64,000 nucleotides of DNA from a bacterium UBP8_UBA817. Its GTDB lineage: Bacteria; Margulisbacteria; Marinamargulisbacteria; CAMDBA01. The notes under the pieces are model-generated. The model was not told where the DNA came from, ran no database searches, and saw nothing but the letters and a program-made list of their open reading frames with translations. Position numbers and translations under genes: made by a program. Shown here one piece after another: positions 37,078 to 47,186 of the stretch. The first letter of the stretch is position 1, and every line of letters starts with the position of its first letter. The stretch covers positions 279 through 64,278 of the forward strand of contig CAMDBA010000003.1 in assembly GCA_945888995.1 (NCBI GenBank). Reading direction: 5' to 3'.

Positions 37078-39555
37078 ATGAGTGAATCCGCCATTCTGCA
37101 AGAAACCCCAATGCTGAAGCAATACAAGGCGATCAAAGCCGACTATCGGGACGCCATTTTATTCTTCAGACTCGGGGATTTTTATGAAATGTTCCTCGAT
37201 GACGCCACGGTGGCATCCAAAGAACTAGAGCTCACACTCACCGGCCGCGGAAAAGATGACCAACGAATTCCGATGTGCGGCATCCCGCATCATGCCGCCG
37301 ACGGGTATATCACAAAGCTGATTACTAAAGGATTCAAAGTCGCCATTTGCGAACAAGTCGAGGACCCGACCCTGACCAAAGGCATCACCAAACGGGAAGT
37401 CGTCCGCGTGGTCACACCAGGCACGATTATCAGCTCAGGCGCCATTAACGAACAGGAAAATAATTATCTTCTAGCCCTCTGCATCACCGAAAAACCGGCG
37501 CTATTCGGTATTAGCTACGTCGATTGCAGTACCGGTGAATTTCAGGTCGCGCTTTTGGATGATTTGACCAGTTTGACGGCGGAATTAGAGCGCCTCAATC
37601 CCAAAGAAATCCTGCTTCCCGAATCCGTCACATTCTCTTTACCGCAACAAATCCCACAAACGACCTACAAACCGACTGACATGTCGAAAGCCGAATCCCA
37701 CCTATTAGCCCATTTCGGCATTGCGTCTCTGAGCGTATTCGGCCTGGAAGACGTCAAATCCGTCCTTCCGGCATGTTGGGCCATTATCGAGTATCTCAAA
37801 GCCACACAGCGGCACAGCCTCCCCCAACTCACTAAAATCCGGGTCAAACAATCGGCACAATTTATGTTCATGGACCGCACCACGATCCAGAATCTCGACT
37901 TGATCGAATCCTGGCCCGTTATCGACAAATCAGGCTCCCTATTCGGTGTTCTGGACCATACCAAAACCGCGATGGGCGCACGAAAACTCAAACAATTAAT
38001 CAAACACCCCTACTTAGACGAAACCTTCCTGAACCACCGCCTGGATGCCTGCGAAGCCCTGATTCGAGATCCGTTAAGCAAAGAAGAAATCCGGACCTGC
38101 TTAAAATCGGTCTATGACTTAGAGCGACTCGTCTCTCGGCTAGTCTGCGATGTCCAAAATCCGCGTGACCTTCTGGCCATTAAACAGTCGCTTGAAAGTA
38201 TGGCAGAACTGGCCCCGACCATGGCCCAACTTCCGGGTCAAATCTGGGAAGACTATCACTGCTTTTTCCAACGCTTCAACGCACCCGAAAGCCCTTATCA
38301 ATCGATTATTAAACTCATCGAGAAAAGTATTCGCCCGGATACACCCCCGACCCTCAAAGACGGCGGCGTCATTAAAGAAGGCTATAGTGAAGAGCTCGAT
38401 ACCCTCACCGATTCTTTTCGGACGATCAAAGAATGGATCGCCGGTCTCGAAGAAACCGAGCGGATTGCCACCGGAATCAAGACGCTTAAAGTCGGGTTTA
38501 ATAAAGTCTTCGGATACTACCTCGAAATCACCAACGGCCAAAAAGACAAGACCCCTCCTCACTACATTCGGAAGCAGACGCTCACGTCCGCCGAGCGCTA
38601 CATCACCCCGGAATTAAAAGAAAAAGAAGCCATTCTTCTTCACGGAGAAGACAAACAACAAGAAGTCGAAGTCAGCCTTTTTTCAGATATTATTCAGACC
38701 TTAAAATACTACATCGTTCACTTGCAGGAACTCGCCGATATTGTGGCGGATACCGATATTCTTCAATCATTAGCTACGGCCTCCCGAAAACGGGATTACG
38801 TACGGCCAGTGTTCGCGCCTAAGACGGATCTGACCTTGGAATTTACCGATAATAGGCACCCGATATTAGAGCAAAAAACCACGCTTCATTTTATTCCGAA
38901 CGACATCCACATGACGGCATCAATCAACCGATTCAGCCTCATAACAGGGCCGAATATGGCCGGGAAATCCACCCTGATGCGCCAGGTCGCACTCACCGTG
39001 GTAATGGCTCAGATCGGATGTTTTGTCCCGGCTAAACATGCCAAACTCTCGATCGTAGATAAATTATTCACCCGGATCGGCGCACTGGACAATCTCTATT
39101 TCGGCCAAAGCACCTTCATGGTCGAAATGCTGGAAACCGCCTCCATCCTGAATCATGCCACCTCTGCCAGCTTGATTATTCTGGATGAAATCGGCCGCGG
39201 CACCTCAACGTATGACGGAATGAGTATTGCCTATGCCGTATCAGAACACATTCACCAAAATATCGGCGCACGCACGTTGTTTGCCACGCATTATCATGAG
39301 CTCACTTCACTCGACAGAAAGCTCGACGGCATCGCCAATTACAATATGAAAATTATTGAGAGTGCCGACAGCATTGTGTTTCAATACAAGTTTATCCCAG
39401 GTACCGCGGATAAAAGCTATGGCATTCACGTCGCCAAAATGGCCGGACTTCCGGCAGCCGTAATTGACAAAGCCTCCACGATCTTAGCCGGTCTGGAAGA
39501 AGAAGGACTCAGCTATCTGGCCCCCAATCCTTCCGGGCAATTAAACCTATTTTAA
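37078..39555 (+). CDS. mutS: DNA mismatch repair protein MutS
   Basis: TPMLKQY...FFRLGDFYEMF N-terminus, Walker A GPNMAGKST, DEIGRGTSTYDG. The start is set to ATG 37078. Confidence 0.95.
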   Translation: MSESAILQETPMLKQYKAIKADYRDAILFFRLGDFYEMFLDDATVASKELELTLTGRGKDDQRIPMCGIPHHAADGYITKLITKGFKVAICEQVEDPTLTKGITKREVVRVVTPGTIISSGAINEQENNYLLALCITEKPALFGISYVDCSTGEFQVALLDDLTSLTAELERLNPKEILLPESVTFSLPQQIPQTTYKPTDMSKAESHLLAHFGIASLSVFGLEDVKSVLPACWAIIEYLKATQRHSLPQLTKIRVKQSAQFMFMDRTTIQNLDLIESWPVIDKSGSLFGVLDHTKTAMGARKLKQLIKHPYLDETFLNHRLDACEALIRDPLSKEEIRTCLKSVYDLERLVSRLVCDVQNPRDLLAIKQSLESMAELAPTMAQLPGQIWEDYHCFFQRFNAPESPYQSIIKLIEKSIRPDTPPTLKDGGVIKEGYSEELDTLTDSFRTIKEWIAGLEETERIATGIKTLKVGFNKVFGYYLEITNGQKDKTPPHYIRKQTLTSAERYITPELKEKEAILLHGEDKQQEVEVSLFSDIIQTLKYYIVHLQELADIVADTDILQSLATASRKRDYVRPVFAPKTDLTLEFTDNRHPILEQKTTLHFIPNDIHMTASINRFSLITGPNMAGKSTLMRQVALTVVMAQIGCFVPAKHAKLSIVDKLFTRIGALDNLYFGQSTFMVEMLETASILNHATSASLIILDEIGRGTSTYDGMSIAYAVSEHIHQNIGARTLFATHYHELTSLDRKLDGIANYNMKIIESADSIVFQYKFIPGTADKSYGIHVAKMAGLPAAVIDKASTILAGLEEEGLSYLAPNPSGQLNLF

Positions 39556-39565
39556 GGAGATCGCC

Positions 39566-40111
39566 ATGAAAACAATCCCACTATCTTTAGACGGACTGAT
39601 CTATGTAACACCCCGTTTTTTTCATGATGACCGCGGATTTTTCTTTGAGAGTTATCATCAGGAAAAATTTAACGAGATCGGCATTACCCTCCCGTTTGTT
39701 CAGGATAATCAAAGCCATTCGATCCAGGGAACACTACGCGGCATGCACTATCAAGCAGAGCCCTACGCGCAAGGCAAATTAATCAGGGTACTCTCCGGCT
39801 CAATCTTTGATGTCGCAGTCGACATCCGTCCCGATTCCCCGACATTCGGAAAATGGGAAGGCCTCGTCTTATCGGCCGACGATCAGGCCATGCTCTATAT
39901 CCCGCCTGGTTTTGCGCACGGGTTTTATGTCATTTCCGACCGATCGGATGTGTTATATAAATGCACAAATTACTATAATCCCGCCTCGGAAAAATCATTT
40001 CGATGGGATGACCCGGATATCGGAATCGAGTGGCCGATCTTAGAAGACACTACCCCTAAATTATCGCCAAAGGATGCGGTAGCCGGCGCATTTAAAGACT
40101 TGTCCTTATAA
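39566..40111 (+). CDS. rfbC: dTDP-4-dehydrorhamnose 3,5-epimerase
   Basis: F.DDRGFFFESY, QDNQSHS..GTLRGMHYQ, and a cupin fold of ~180 aa. Confidence 0.9.
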   Translation: MKTIPLSLDGLIYVTPRFFHDDRGFFFESYHQEKFNEIGITLPFVQDNQSHSIQGTLRGMHYQAEPYAQGKLIRVLSGSIFDVAVDIRPDSPTFGKWEGLVLSADDQAMLYIPPGFAHGFYVISDRSDVLYKCTNYYNPASEKSFRWDDPDIGIEWPILEDTTPKLSPKDAVAGAFKDLSL

Positions 40112-40119
40112 ATACGTCG

Positions 40120-41157
40120 TTATCGCGACCATTCCGACCGAAAGTACCCCTCAGGGGTTTGCATAATATAGAGCGCACGCGTGCCGGGATACTGTGAAAG
40201 AAGCACATTCCCTTTCTGAATCCCCAATACAATCAACGTTGTATCCAGCGCGTCCGCTACTAATGCCGTTGGCGCCACCACTGACACACTGGCAATAGAC
40301 GTTTCCACCGGAAATCCCGTTTTGGGATTCAAAATATGGAAATAAGATTTATTGCGATACTTCACAAAATTCCGGTAGCCGCCACTCGTCGTCACCGCCT
40401 GATTATGTAAAGACAGGGAACGGTAAATTGATGTTGCCTCAGATCCTGAACGCGGCACATTAATGCCGACCCGCCAGTCTTTGCCCTGACTATTTTTGCC
40501 GGATGCCACGACTTCTCCGCCAATTTCAACCAAGTAATCCTGAATCCCATGTCGGCGAATCACCTCCGCAACCACATCCACCGTATACCCCTGGGCTATC
40601 CCATCCAGATCCAATTGGACCAACGCATCCCGCTTTTGAAGCCGATTCCCAGGTAAAAGCATGACTTTATCAAATCCGACATGCCGCAATAAGCCCCGCA
40701 GCTCAGACGCCGTCGGAAGTGCCCCCACCGCCCGATGATCAAAAAATCCCCACCGCTTCACAAGTGGCCCCACCGTCGGATCAAACGCACCGCCACTACG
40801 GCTATACAACACTTTAGCTGCCTGCAAAACAGCATAAAAATCGGCCGAAACCCCCATCGGTTCCAACGACAAACGACGATTAAAACGTGAAATTTCCGAA
40901 TCCGACCGATACGTCGACATCGCCCGGTCAATATCCTCAAAACGCCGATTAATGTCCGCAGCCACCGAGGCCTCTTTCACCCAAAACGGTGCCCGAACCG
41001 TCACATGATACCAAGTTCCCTGCACCGCCCCCGCGATCTGCCACTCCCCCCGCCAAATAAGCGCAAAAAAGAGAACCCCAAACGCAAGAAAAAAAGCCCC
41101 CCAAAAAAGAAACCTATTCACTAGAGGGACGCCGCCGCTAAAAATGGCCCGATGCAA
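40120..41157 (-). CDS. apbE: FAD:protein FMN transferase (ApbE family). The start is uncertain: TTG 41157 or GTG 41121.
   Basis: DGIAQGYTVD and TSGGYRNF motifs, plus an N-terminal TM helix. Both candidate starts lie in or next to repeat copy B. Confidence 0.8.
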   Translation of the reverse strand: MHRAIFSGGVPLVNRFLFWGAFFLAFGVLFFALIWRGEWQIAGAVQGTWYHVTVRAPFWVKEASVAADINRRFEDIDRAMSTYRSDSEISRFNRRLSLEPMGVSADFYAVLQAAKVLYSRSGGAFDPTVGPLVKRWGFFDHRAVGALPTASELRGLLRHVGFDKVMLLPGNRLQKRDALVQLDLDGIAQGYTVDVVAEVIRRHGIQDYLVEIGGEVVASGKNSQGKDWRVGINVPRSGSEATSIYRSLSLHNQAVTTSGGYRNFVKYRNKSYFHILNPKTGFPVETSIASVSVVAPTALVADALDTTLIVLGIQKGNVLLSQYPGTRALYIMQTPEGYFRSEWSR

Positions 41158-41245
41158 GGCATTGCGAGGACGAAATCACGACGCATAGCAGGACTATGTG
41201 AGCGATTCCGCCCGGAGCAATAACGCTGCAGATGGCCGTTTTTAG
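41138..41245 (+). repeat. Structured intergenic repeat, copy B (~108 nt)
   Basis: Closing stem ctaaaaatggcc / ggccgtttttag (12 bp, one T-G). Helices at 41161-41165/41217-41221, 41171-41177/41204-41210, and the hairpin 41182-41188/41194-41200. It is collinear with copy A. Confidence 0.6.
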
Positions 41246-42282
41246 CAAGGCGTCAGTAAACTCTCGCCTAATTGGCCGCATGCTGCAGAAATATCCTGCC
41301 CCTTCCGGAACCGAATCGTCACCGGCACCCGTTCAGCTAAAATCGTGGACTTAATCGCATCCATTTTTTCATTCGAAATCGGCTTAAGCGGGATTTTAGG
41401 ATGCGGATTGAGGTTAATCAGGTTAATTTTTGCTTTTAGATACTTGGCCAGATTAATTAATTCTTTAATATCTTCCGGCGCGTCATTACGGCCTTCGATT
41501 AATGTATATTCAAGAGTCAATTTACGGTTATGCGTTTTTTGATATTCGGCCACCATATTAATCACATCGGTTAGAGGATTCGTCTTTTCGATCGGCATCA
41601 GCCCGATTCGCTTAGATGGAATCGCATTACCGATCGAAAGGGCTAAATTAATACAAATTTCGTGATCCAAAAGCTTTTGTAATCCCCGCAAAATCCCCGA
41701 TGTCGAGACCGTGATTTTACGTTTACCGATATTAAAGCCTTCTTCGGAATTGATAATTTCGATCGCTTTGAATACCGCTTCAAAATTCAACAAAGGCTCG
41801 CCCATTCCCATAAAAACCAGGTGAGAAATCGGCTCATTATCCTGAAACGCATATAAAATTTGATTCACAATTTCACTTGGCGCCAGTTGACGTTTCAACC
41901 CTGCAAACCCGGTCAGACAAAATTTACAATCAACTGCACATCCGCATTGAGAGGAGATACATAGTGTATTGTAAGTTTTCTCACGCAAAACCACAGATTC
42001 GATTTTGGCATGGTCGGAGAGTTCAAAAATATATTTTTTAGCATATCCGTCTCCCGAAGAAATCGCTTGAGTGGATAAAAATCGGTTAATCACAAAATGC
42101 GCAGCTAACTTATCCCGGTTCATTTTAGAAATATTTGGCATATCGGCAAATTCGGAGCGGTATTTCTTGAATACCCATTCATACACTTGCTTAGCGATAA
42201 ATCCGGGCATCCCCAGAGATTTAATCTCTTCGGTTAACTCAGCTAAACTCAAACCCAGCACATCTTTTTTAGGTGTCTTCAT
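41242..42282 (-). CDS. rlmN: 23S rRNA/tRNA adenine-C2 methyltransferase RlmN (radical SAM)
   Basis: CAVDCKFC radical-SAM cluster motif, GMGEPL, and a C-terminal catalytic Cys context DISAACGQL. The start is set to ATG 42282 (MKTPKKDV). Confidence 0.9.
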   Translation of the reverse strand: MKTPKKDVLGLSLAELTEEIKSLGMPGFIAKQVYEWVFKKYRSEFADMPNISKMNRDKLAAHFVINRFLSTQAISSGDGYAKKYIFELSDHAKIESVVLREKTYNTLCISSQCGCAVDCKFCLTGFAGLKRQLAPSEIVNQILYAFQDNEPISHLVFMGMGEPLLNFEAVFKAIEIINSEEGFNIGKRKITVSTSGILRGLQKLLDHEICINLALSIGNAIPSKRIGLMPIEKTNPLTDVINMVAEYQKTHNRKLTLEYTLIEGRNDAPEDIKELINLAKYLKAKINLINLNPHPKIPLKPISNEKMDAIKSTILAERVPVTIRFRKGQDISAACGQLGESLLTPC

Positions 42283-42493
42283 CTCATTTTTACCTTGGTC
42301 CATATATGGAACTATTTTATATATCTTATACAACAAAAAAGAATGGTAACATACATTCAATTAAAAATCACAGCCGCCGACTACCTAGGGAACACTAAGA
42401 TCAAAACAAACGTTCCAAGCCTTGAAAAGCATTTCAATATAAGGGTAAAATGAATTGCATTTACCGGTCTTGTAGACCCAAGGATTTGAACTT

Positions 42494-43531
42494 ATGAACA
42501 ACAACTTGATTTTATCTCCCGAAGAAGAAGCCGCATTTACCCAATTCCTCTCTAAGTTCTCCTCATCCGACACCCAACTCCATATCCAGGATATGCTGAC
42601 CACAATTATTAAATTATCCCGCGAAAGCTCGGATCTATCGGATCTGAAATTAATCGGAACGGCATTACAAGAACTAAGACGGTCTTTTAAGGTCTTCGCC
42701 CCCTACCGGGACACCCGAAAAATCAGCCTCTTTGGTTCTGCCCGAACCCCTGAAAGCGACATCCAATACAAAATGGCCCAGGATTTCGCCAAAAGAATCA
42801 CCGAAAAAGGCTTTATGCTGATTACCGGTGCGGGTAGCGGCGTGATGGAAGCCGGCAACAGAGGCGCAGAAGTCGGCAGAAGCTTTGGCGTTAATATCCA
42901 GCTGCCCTTCGAACAAAAAGCCAATTCGTATATCGAACAAGACCAAAAACTCGTTACCTATAAATATTTTTTCACCCGCAAACTCATCTTTATTAAAGAA
43001 TCCGATGCCACGATTTTATTTCCGGGCGGATTCGGAACCCACGACGAAGGATTTGAAATCCTAACCCTGATTCAGAACGGGCGCTGTTCTCCTCGGCCGA
43101 TTGTCATGATCTCAGAACCTGGCTCCAGTTATTGGAGAAAATGGCTGGATTACATTAAAACGGAATTACTCGATACCCGGTTTATCTCTCCGGAAGACAT
43201 GGGCCTATTTACCCTGGTTGAATCTGTCGACAATGCAGTCGATGTGATCACCTCTTTTTACCGGGTTTACCATTCCATTAAATATTACCAAGACCTTACG
43301 ATTTTGCGGATTAACGCAGTTTTATCCGATGCGTTTTTAGCCAGACTCCATAACGAATTTTCGGACATTCTGGTATCGGGCACCTTCGAGCAGACCTTAC
43401 CTGGAGACCTAGAAATCGATCAGAAAGATTATCCCGAAAAAGCACGGTTAGTCTTCAAATTTAACAAAATCAATTTCGGCAGGCTCTGCCAGCTGATCAG
43501 ATTAATCAACACCTATCAGGAAGGACACTGA
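42494..43531 (+). CDS. LOG/TIGR00730 family nucleotide phosphoribohydrolase-like protein with a ~120-aa C-terminal extension
   Basis: SLFGSAR, TGAGSGVMEAGNRGA and PGGFGTHDE motifs. Confidence 0.8.
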   Translation: MNNNLILSPEEEAAFTQFLSKFSSSDTQLHIQDMLTTIIKLSRESSDLSDLKLIGTALQELRRSFKVFAPYRDTRKISLFGSARTPESDIQYKMAQDFAKRITEKGFMLITGAGSGVMEAGNRGAEVGRSFGVNIQLPFEQKANSYIEQDQKLVTYKYFFTRKLIFIKESDATILFPGGFGTHDEGFEILTLIQNGRCSPRPIVMISEPGSSYWRKWLDYIKTELLDTRFISPEDMGLFTLVESVDNAVDVITSFYRVYHSIKYYQDLTILRINAVLSDAFLARLHNEFSDILVSGTFEQTLPGDLEIDQKDYPEKARLVFKFNKINFGRLCQLIRLINTYQEGH

Positions 43532-43577
43532 TTCTATGAATGCATTATCTTCATTTTTACCACAAGGAGACGCTCAC

Positions 43578-44195
43578 ATGACGGAGATCTTTTTAAAAGG
43601 CGGCCCGGCGATGTTGGCCTTATTGTTATGCTCATTTATAGGGGTTTATATCGTCATTCAAAAACTCTTGTTTTTACGTTTTAACCGAATCGATTCCATT
43701 TATATCGAAAAAGTCAAAACGACCCTGATTACGTCAGGATTACAAGCCACTATCCAAAAACTCAAAGAAGACGATCATATTATTTCCAGAGTGATTGCAA
43801 ACGCGCTTCGTCTCGCTAAATTAAGCCGGGATGATATCCAACAGGGGATCAAAGAAACCACGTACGCAGAATTACCCAAACTCGAAAAAAATATGAGCCT
43901 GCTCACCGGAATTGTGACAGCTGCGCCAATGCTCGGACTACTCGGAACAGTTTTAGGTTTAATGCGGATCTTTAAAGTTTTATCGGGAGGAGAGTTAGGT
44001 GACACGGCTGCAATTTCAGGCGGTATAGCCGAAGCAATGATCACCACCGTGGCGGGCCTGGCAATTGCCATTCCGTTTATTTTTATCAACCACTATCTGT
44101 CGCATCGAGTCGAAGGCTATATGATGGATATCGAACGCTCGGTTCACGAAGTTCTCAACTTCTATAAAATGTCAGAACACGAGATCAAGGCATAA
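43578..44195 (+). CDS. exbB: MotA/TolQ/ExbB proton-channel protein
   Basis: PMLGLLGTVLGLMRIF and ITTVAGLAIAIP TM motifs. The start is set to ATG 43578 with AAGGAG upstream. Confidence 0.85.
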   Translation: MTEIFLKGGPAMLALLLCSFIGVYIVIQKLLFLRFNRIDSIYIEKVKTTLITSGLQATIQKLKEDDHIISRVIANALRLAKLSRDDIQQGIKETTYAELPKLEKNMSLLTGIVTAAPMLGLLGTVLGLMRIFKVLSGGELGDTAAISGGIAEAMITTVAGLAIAIPFIFINHYLSHRVEGYMMDIERSVHEVLNFYKMSEHEIKA

Positions 44196-44198
44196 CCC

Positions 44199-44621
44199 AT
44201 GTTCACCCGAAAACATCTCATTAAACGAGACCGCGCCATGCGAATCGAAGTCTTGCCTTTGGTCGATATTGTCTTTATTCTACTGATTTTTTTGGCGGTA
44301 ACCTCTACTGTCAAAATGGCCGAAACAGGAATTAAACTAAAGCTCCCGAAAGCCGCAACCTCCGACCAACAACAAAAAGGAATTGCCGTCGTGATCGGGA
44401 AAGATCAGCGTCTTTATCTGAACGGTCAGCCGGTTACCGAAGATGGCCTCTACAAGAAAATTATAGCAACAGATCACAAAACACCGGTTGCCCTGATGGC
44501 AGATGAAGCCACACCCTACCATCGGGTGGTAGCCGTATTGGATACGATTCGCCTAGCAGGTGCAACGAACGTCGTTTTACAGGTTACCCCAAAACAAACG
44601 CCCCATGTCATCACTCATTGA
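44199..44621 (+). CDS. exbD: ExbD/TolR family protein
   Basis: LPLVDIVFILLIFL TM segment with the conserved Asp, and a periplasmic domain of ~140 aa. Confidence 0.85.
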   Translation: MFTRKHLIKRDRAMRIEVLPLVDIVFILLIFLAVTSTVKMAETGIKLKLPKAATSDQQQKGIAVVIGKDQRLYLNGQPVTEDGLYKKIIATDHKTPVALMADEATPYHRVVAVLDTIRLAGATNVVLQVTPKQTPHVITH

Positions 44622-45264
44622 AAAACATACAAATGAAGTATCTTTTGCCCTATCGGCGGCTATTCATATCGCATTGTTTCTCATCGTACTATTCTTACTT
44701 CATCAGGTAAGAATTCCGGCCAAACAAGCCTATGGAGAGCTTTCCATCACGATTTCAGCACCCCCGTCTCTTGGTCAAACACCGAAATCCACCCCGGTCA
44801 CACCCCCACTTGAAACACCGGAGGCCGCCTCGCCCTTTCCTCAAAACTTAGTGTCCGCCCCGATCAAACCCGAAGCCCATCCGGCACCGGTTAATACGCC
44901 GGCAAAAACATCACAGCCCCCCCCAATCGGAGATGGATCTCAAGGCGCTAGCGGAACAGCATCACCAGGGACACCCATGGGTGTCAATTCGGACGCCGAA
45001 CTCATACAAGCACCCACCCCTGTCTATCCCAAAACAGCATTAAACAATGACTGGACAGGAACCATTATCGTCGAAGTCACAATAGACGAAGATGGTAAAC
45101 TGAAAAACATCCACATTTTACAGTCAACCGACCATGAGAATCTGGACCAAAGTTTCCTTAGAACCTTAAAAAACACGTATCAGTTCAAGCCAAAATTAGT
45201 ACTCGGAAAACCGGTTGAAAGTAGTTTAAAATTATCGTATTCCTTCAAATTGAATGACTTATGA
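44605..45264 (+). CDS. tonB: TonB family energy transducer
   Basis: N-terminal TM helix, a Pro-rich spacer, and a C-terminal TonB domain (PVYPKTALNNDWTGTIIVEVTIDEDGKL...ILQSTDHENLDQ). The start is set to ATG 44605. Confidence 0.8.
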   Translation: MSSLIEKHTNEVSFALSAAIHIALFLIVLFLLHQVRIPAKQAYGELSITISAPPSLGQTPKSTPVTPPLETPEAASPFPQNLVSAPIKPEAHPAPVNTPAKTSQPPPIGDGSQGASGTASPGTPMGVNSDAELIQAPTPVYPKTALNNDWTGTIIVEVTIDEDGKLKNIHILQSTDHENLDQSFLRTLKNTYQFKPKLVLGKPVESSLKLSYSFKLNDL

Positions 45265-47168
45265 ACTATTTATTAACGCTCATTATCACCGCTTTATTAT
45301 TCACGTCATCGCTTTATGCGGAGCCGACGTCTCTGCTCAGCATTTCAAACGATTCCATCAAAATCGTCGTTAACAACGACGCCGTAGAAACCGGCCGACT
45401 CGCGATTGAAACCATAAAAGGGGACCCTCAAAACCCTAAAGATGACAATCAACCACTCATCTTCGGACGACCCAGACCCTGGACATCTTATACGACGGTT
45501 TTAATTGACGGAGTTGCGTATGTCTTCGGAGGACAAACCCAAAAGCGCGCTGGAAAATCGGCAAAATACGGAACGCTTATCTCTCAAAAACTCATCGACA
45601 ACACCATCATCACGGTTTGTCAGTTTAATACCGTGACCGTAACTCAAAAACTGTCGCTCTACCATAATCCGACGACCAAGGCTAAAGATACGGCCTTAAT
45701 TTCTTACGAATTAAATAACACCGATACAAAATCACATAATGTCGGTATTCGGATTATGCTCGACACCATGTTAGGCAGCAACGACGGAGCGCCGTTTCGG
45801 ATCGGAGATGATGCCATCGAATCCGAAATCAGCTTTTCAGGCAACTCGGTCCTGCAATACTGGCAGGCATTCGATAGTCTGGTATCCCCTAATATTATCG
45901 CACAAGGCACTCTCTCCGATCCGCAATCCGGTATAGACCCGCCGAACAAGGTTTATCTAGCAAATTGGGGCATACTAGCTGATTATGCATGGGATACACC
46001 ATATGAAAAAGGCCGCTCATTTGTCAGAACCGGGGAAGCGGAAAAAGACACGGCGCTGGCTATGTATTGGTCGCCAAAACCACTAAAACCCGGCAGCAGC
46101 TACAAAGTCAGTACGTTATATGGGCTCGGACAAATCAGTCTGGCAAAAGGAAAACTTAGCCTCGGCTTCACAGCACCGTCTCAAGTTGTTAGCAGCTCTA
46201 AAGCCGACTTATTAATCGTAGGCTATATCGTCAATACCACGACCCAAACCGCCAACCAATGTATCGCGACGTTTACCGTCCCTGACGGATTTAAATTTTT
46301 AGACGGGAATTCCCGCATCACTATCGGATCTTTAAAACCGGGCGAATCACGGCAAGTCTCGATCAGAATCGTGCCGAATGATGTCAAAAAAGGTCTCCAG
46401 AAACTCACGTTCTCAGTCGAGTCCGACAATCTGCCGTCCAATAGTATTTCACGGGAAATTAATGTATTAGCTCAACCCGAAATCACCTCAACCTGGGTCG
46501 TGCCCTCACAGGTCAATCCCGGCATTTCTCCCTATTTTGATACATTTTTAACTTTAAAAAACAACGACCCAGTGGTCATTCCGAAAGTCAGCCTACAAAT
46601 GACACTGAGCAAAGGCGTAAGTCTTCCGTGGTTTGAAATCTCAAAAAAAGAAATTGAACGGATCGAACCCGGACAAACCATTACCCTCAACTGGAAAGTA
46701 AGAGCCGATCAAGGCACCACTGCCAACATCCGTCTGGGCCTTAATCTCAACTCCCCGCTCACCAAACCAAAAGCGTATGTCAGATATGTCACGTGGAGTC
46801 GGTCTTCAGCGTTACTCACATTAGTCCCGAGTGACGAGGTCATTAAAGAAGGTACCTATTTCTATGTACAACTCAATGCCCAAAATCTCAGTCAATTAGA
46901 GGCCGCCAACCTGCAATTTGATTCTTCAGCATTATATTTAAGCCGGACATCGCCGGACCTATGGGTCCGAAAATCCGGTCAATCCGAGGTCTTTACCGAA
47001 TCAGAAGACCATGTCGATATTCAACCGCTTCGACTCAGCGCAGATGCCAAAATCGGCAATACCGCGGCGATCGGGAGATTTTATTTTAAAGCCTTAAAAA
47101 AAGGTGCTACCACCCTAAGCCTTAAGCATCAAAATACCGAAACCAATTTAAATCTAATCATTCAATAA
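45261..47168 (+). CDS. Secreted hypothetical protein (635 aa), translationally coupled to tonB
   Basis: Signal peptide MNYLLTLIITALLFTSSLYAEP, and an ATGA overlap with the tonB stop. I recognise no family. Confidence 0.7.
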   Translation: MNYLLTLIITALLFTSSLYAEPTSLLSISNDSIKIVVNNDAVETGRLAIETIKGDPQNPKDDNQPLIFGRPRPWTSYTTVLIDGVAYVFGGQTQKRAGKSAKYGTLISQKLIDNTIITVCQFNTVTVTQKLSLYHNPTTKAKDTALISYELNNTDTKSHNVGIRIMLDTMLGSNDGAPFRIGDDAIESEISFSGNSVLQYWQAFDSLVSPNIIAQGTLSDPQSGIDPPNKVYLANWGILADYAWDTPYEKGRSFVRTGEAEKDTALAMYWSPKPLKPGSSYKVSTLYGLGQISLAKGKLSLGFTAPSQVVSSSKADLLIVGYIVNTTTQTANQCIATFTVPDGFKFLDGNSRITIGSLKPGESRQVSIRIVPNDVKKGLQKLTFSVESDNLPSNSISREINVLAQPEITSTWVVPSQVNPGISPYFDTFLTLKNNDPVVIPKVSLQMTLSKGVSLPWFEISKKEIERIEPGQTITLNWKVRADQGTTANIRLGLNLNSPLTKPKAYVRYVTWSRSSALLTLVPSDEVIKEGTYFYVQLNAQNLSQLEAANLQFDSSALYLSRTSPDLWVRKSGQSEVFTESEDHVDIQPLRLSADAKIGNTAAIGRFYFKALKKGATTLSLKHQNTETNLNLIIQ

Positions 47169-47186
47169 AATTCAAAGGAACCTCTC

